In this document: piece by piece, positions 62,951-64,000 of the stretch
How the letters are laid out: each line of letters begins with the position of its first letter
Position numbering within the stretch: position 1 is the stretch's first letter
Assembly: GCA_036172245.1 (NCBI GenBank)
Contig: JAYWIR010000045.1
Span: 930,001 to 994,000 of the forward strand
Length of the DNA stretch: 64,000 nucleotides
DNA from: Raillietiella orientalis
Taxonomy: Eukaryota
Direction of reading: 5' to 3'
Program-made: the position numbers and the translations under genes
Notes under the pieces: generated by a model
Databases searched by the model: none
Told to the model about the DNA's origin: nothing
The model's input: the letters and a program-made list of their open reading frames with translations, nothing else

Positions 62951-64000
62951 GATTCATCCGGGTTGACCTGACGGAGGAACTTTGTGCTCGCTGGACTTTT
63001 CGAATTGGTCGGAAGTAAAGGGAAAAGAGCGAAACAAAGAAAAAAGATGGAGAGACCGTCGTCATTACGTGATTCTTGGTTCTTTCGGAACTGTCCTCTT
63101 TCTCCAGACGAGGATCTCTCGGTCCGCTCATCAGAGTACACGAAACGGCGCGTCGCAGTTCCAGTGTTCGAAAAGTGGTGTGGGAACACAGCAGAAAGAA
63201 AAAGCACACAAACTGAAATCAGTGCATTCGCTGCTTGTTGCAGCGAGGACTTCGATTCGAGCCAGGGAATCTTCGCCGTTTGGTCACATCTGCTTGCCCA
63301 AGTTCCACCGTTGCATGGGTCTAATGGTTGGTGAACGTCTTGTTCTGGGGCTACTCGACTGCATGGGTCCGCCTTTGGTCCTCAAGATGATGTGTCCTTC
63401 TTCGTGCGTCCAGCAGATTTGTTGGATGGTGGGCAAAAAGAAGCTCCGGCTGTTCCCTCACTTCCGAGGAAGGAACCCGGTTTTCGGATTACAGATTTAC
63501 CCATGCTTCCCGGCTCAGCAACCTCATGGTGAGGTAGATTGCAAACTGCAAACAACATTGTAGATGCAGAGGTGTCGGGTGTGCAACGAATGCTGCCTCA
63601 TGTGTTCATTCATCTTCTGTACATCTTGTACTTCTATACATCTCCTCTCTGGTACATCCAGCGGCAAGAGGCATTGCTTTACCGATTGAAGGCAATGGAA
63701 GTGATTTGGTAAGTAATTTTCCTGCAACACATTCATCATCATGGTTCACTTTCGCCTTCTTTTGGATCTAGTATCAAGCGAGGAGAGAAGAATGGTTATT
63801 TTGGTTGTTGCCTGTCCTTTCGAGAGCACTCCCAACACCATCAGAAGTGGCTAAATGCAAAGACCTCTCTGTTCCCGTCGACCCATGGATGCTCAGGTGA
63901 CTCCCTAATAGTTGACTCCCTCGGCTCCTGAGACAGACCGGATGAAGAGGTGCTGCAGGAGCTGAAGATCTCAACTACGGCTCGACAGAATGAGTCGTAG

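Overview
Eukaryotic (invertebrate-like, intron-containing) genomic DNA. Two real genes are on the minus strand. The first is the 5' end of a BRSK/SAD-1 serine/threonine kinase: exon 1 at 7663-7582 and exon 2 at 1819-1725, with the rest outside the window and a CpG-rich 5' region. The second is a complete six-exon, 378-aa cathepsin B-like cysteine protease (49115-41575) with an intact catalytic set but no occluding loop. Most of the rest, especially about 11-41 kb and 55-63 kb, is degenerate L1/Tx1-like non-LTR retrotransposon remnants, mostly on the minus strand. Embedded among them are a mitochondrial cytochrome b fragment (NUMT) inside a LINE copy, two disrupted fragments of a SAXO/STOP-like microtubule-repeat gene, a duplicated LINE segment pair (one direct, one inverted), a probable Tc1 remnant and a 20-bp hairpin. 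I found no prokaryote-type system (CRISPR, operon) and no clearly novel biological system. Most long ORFs in the supplied track look spurious. All assignments come from motif recognition by eye, and TE boundaries are approximate.
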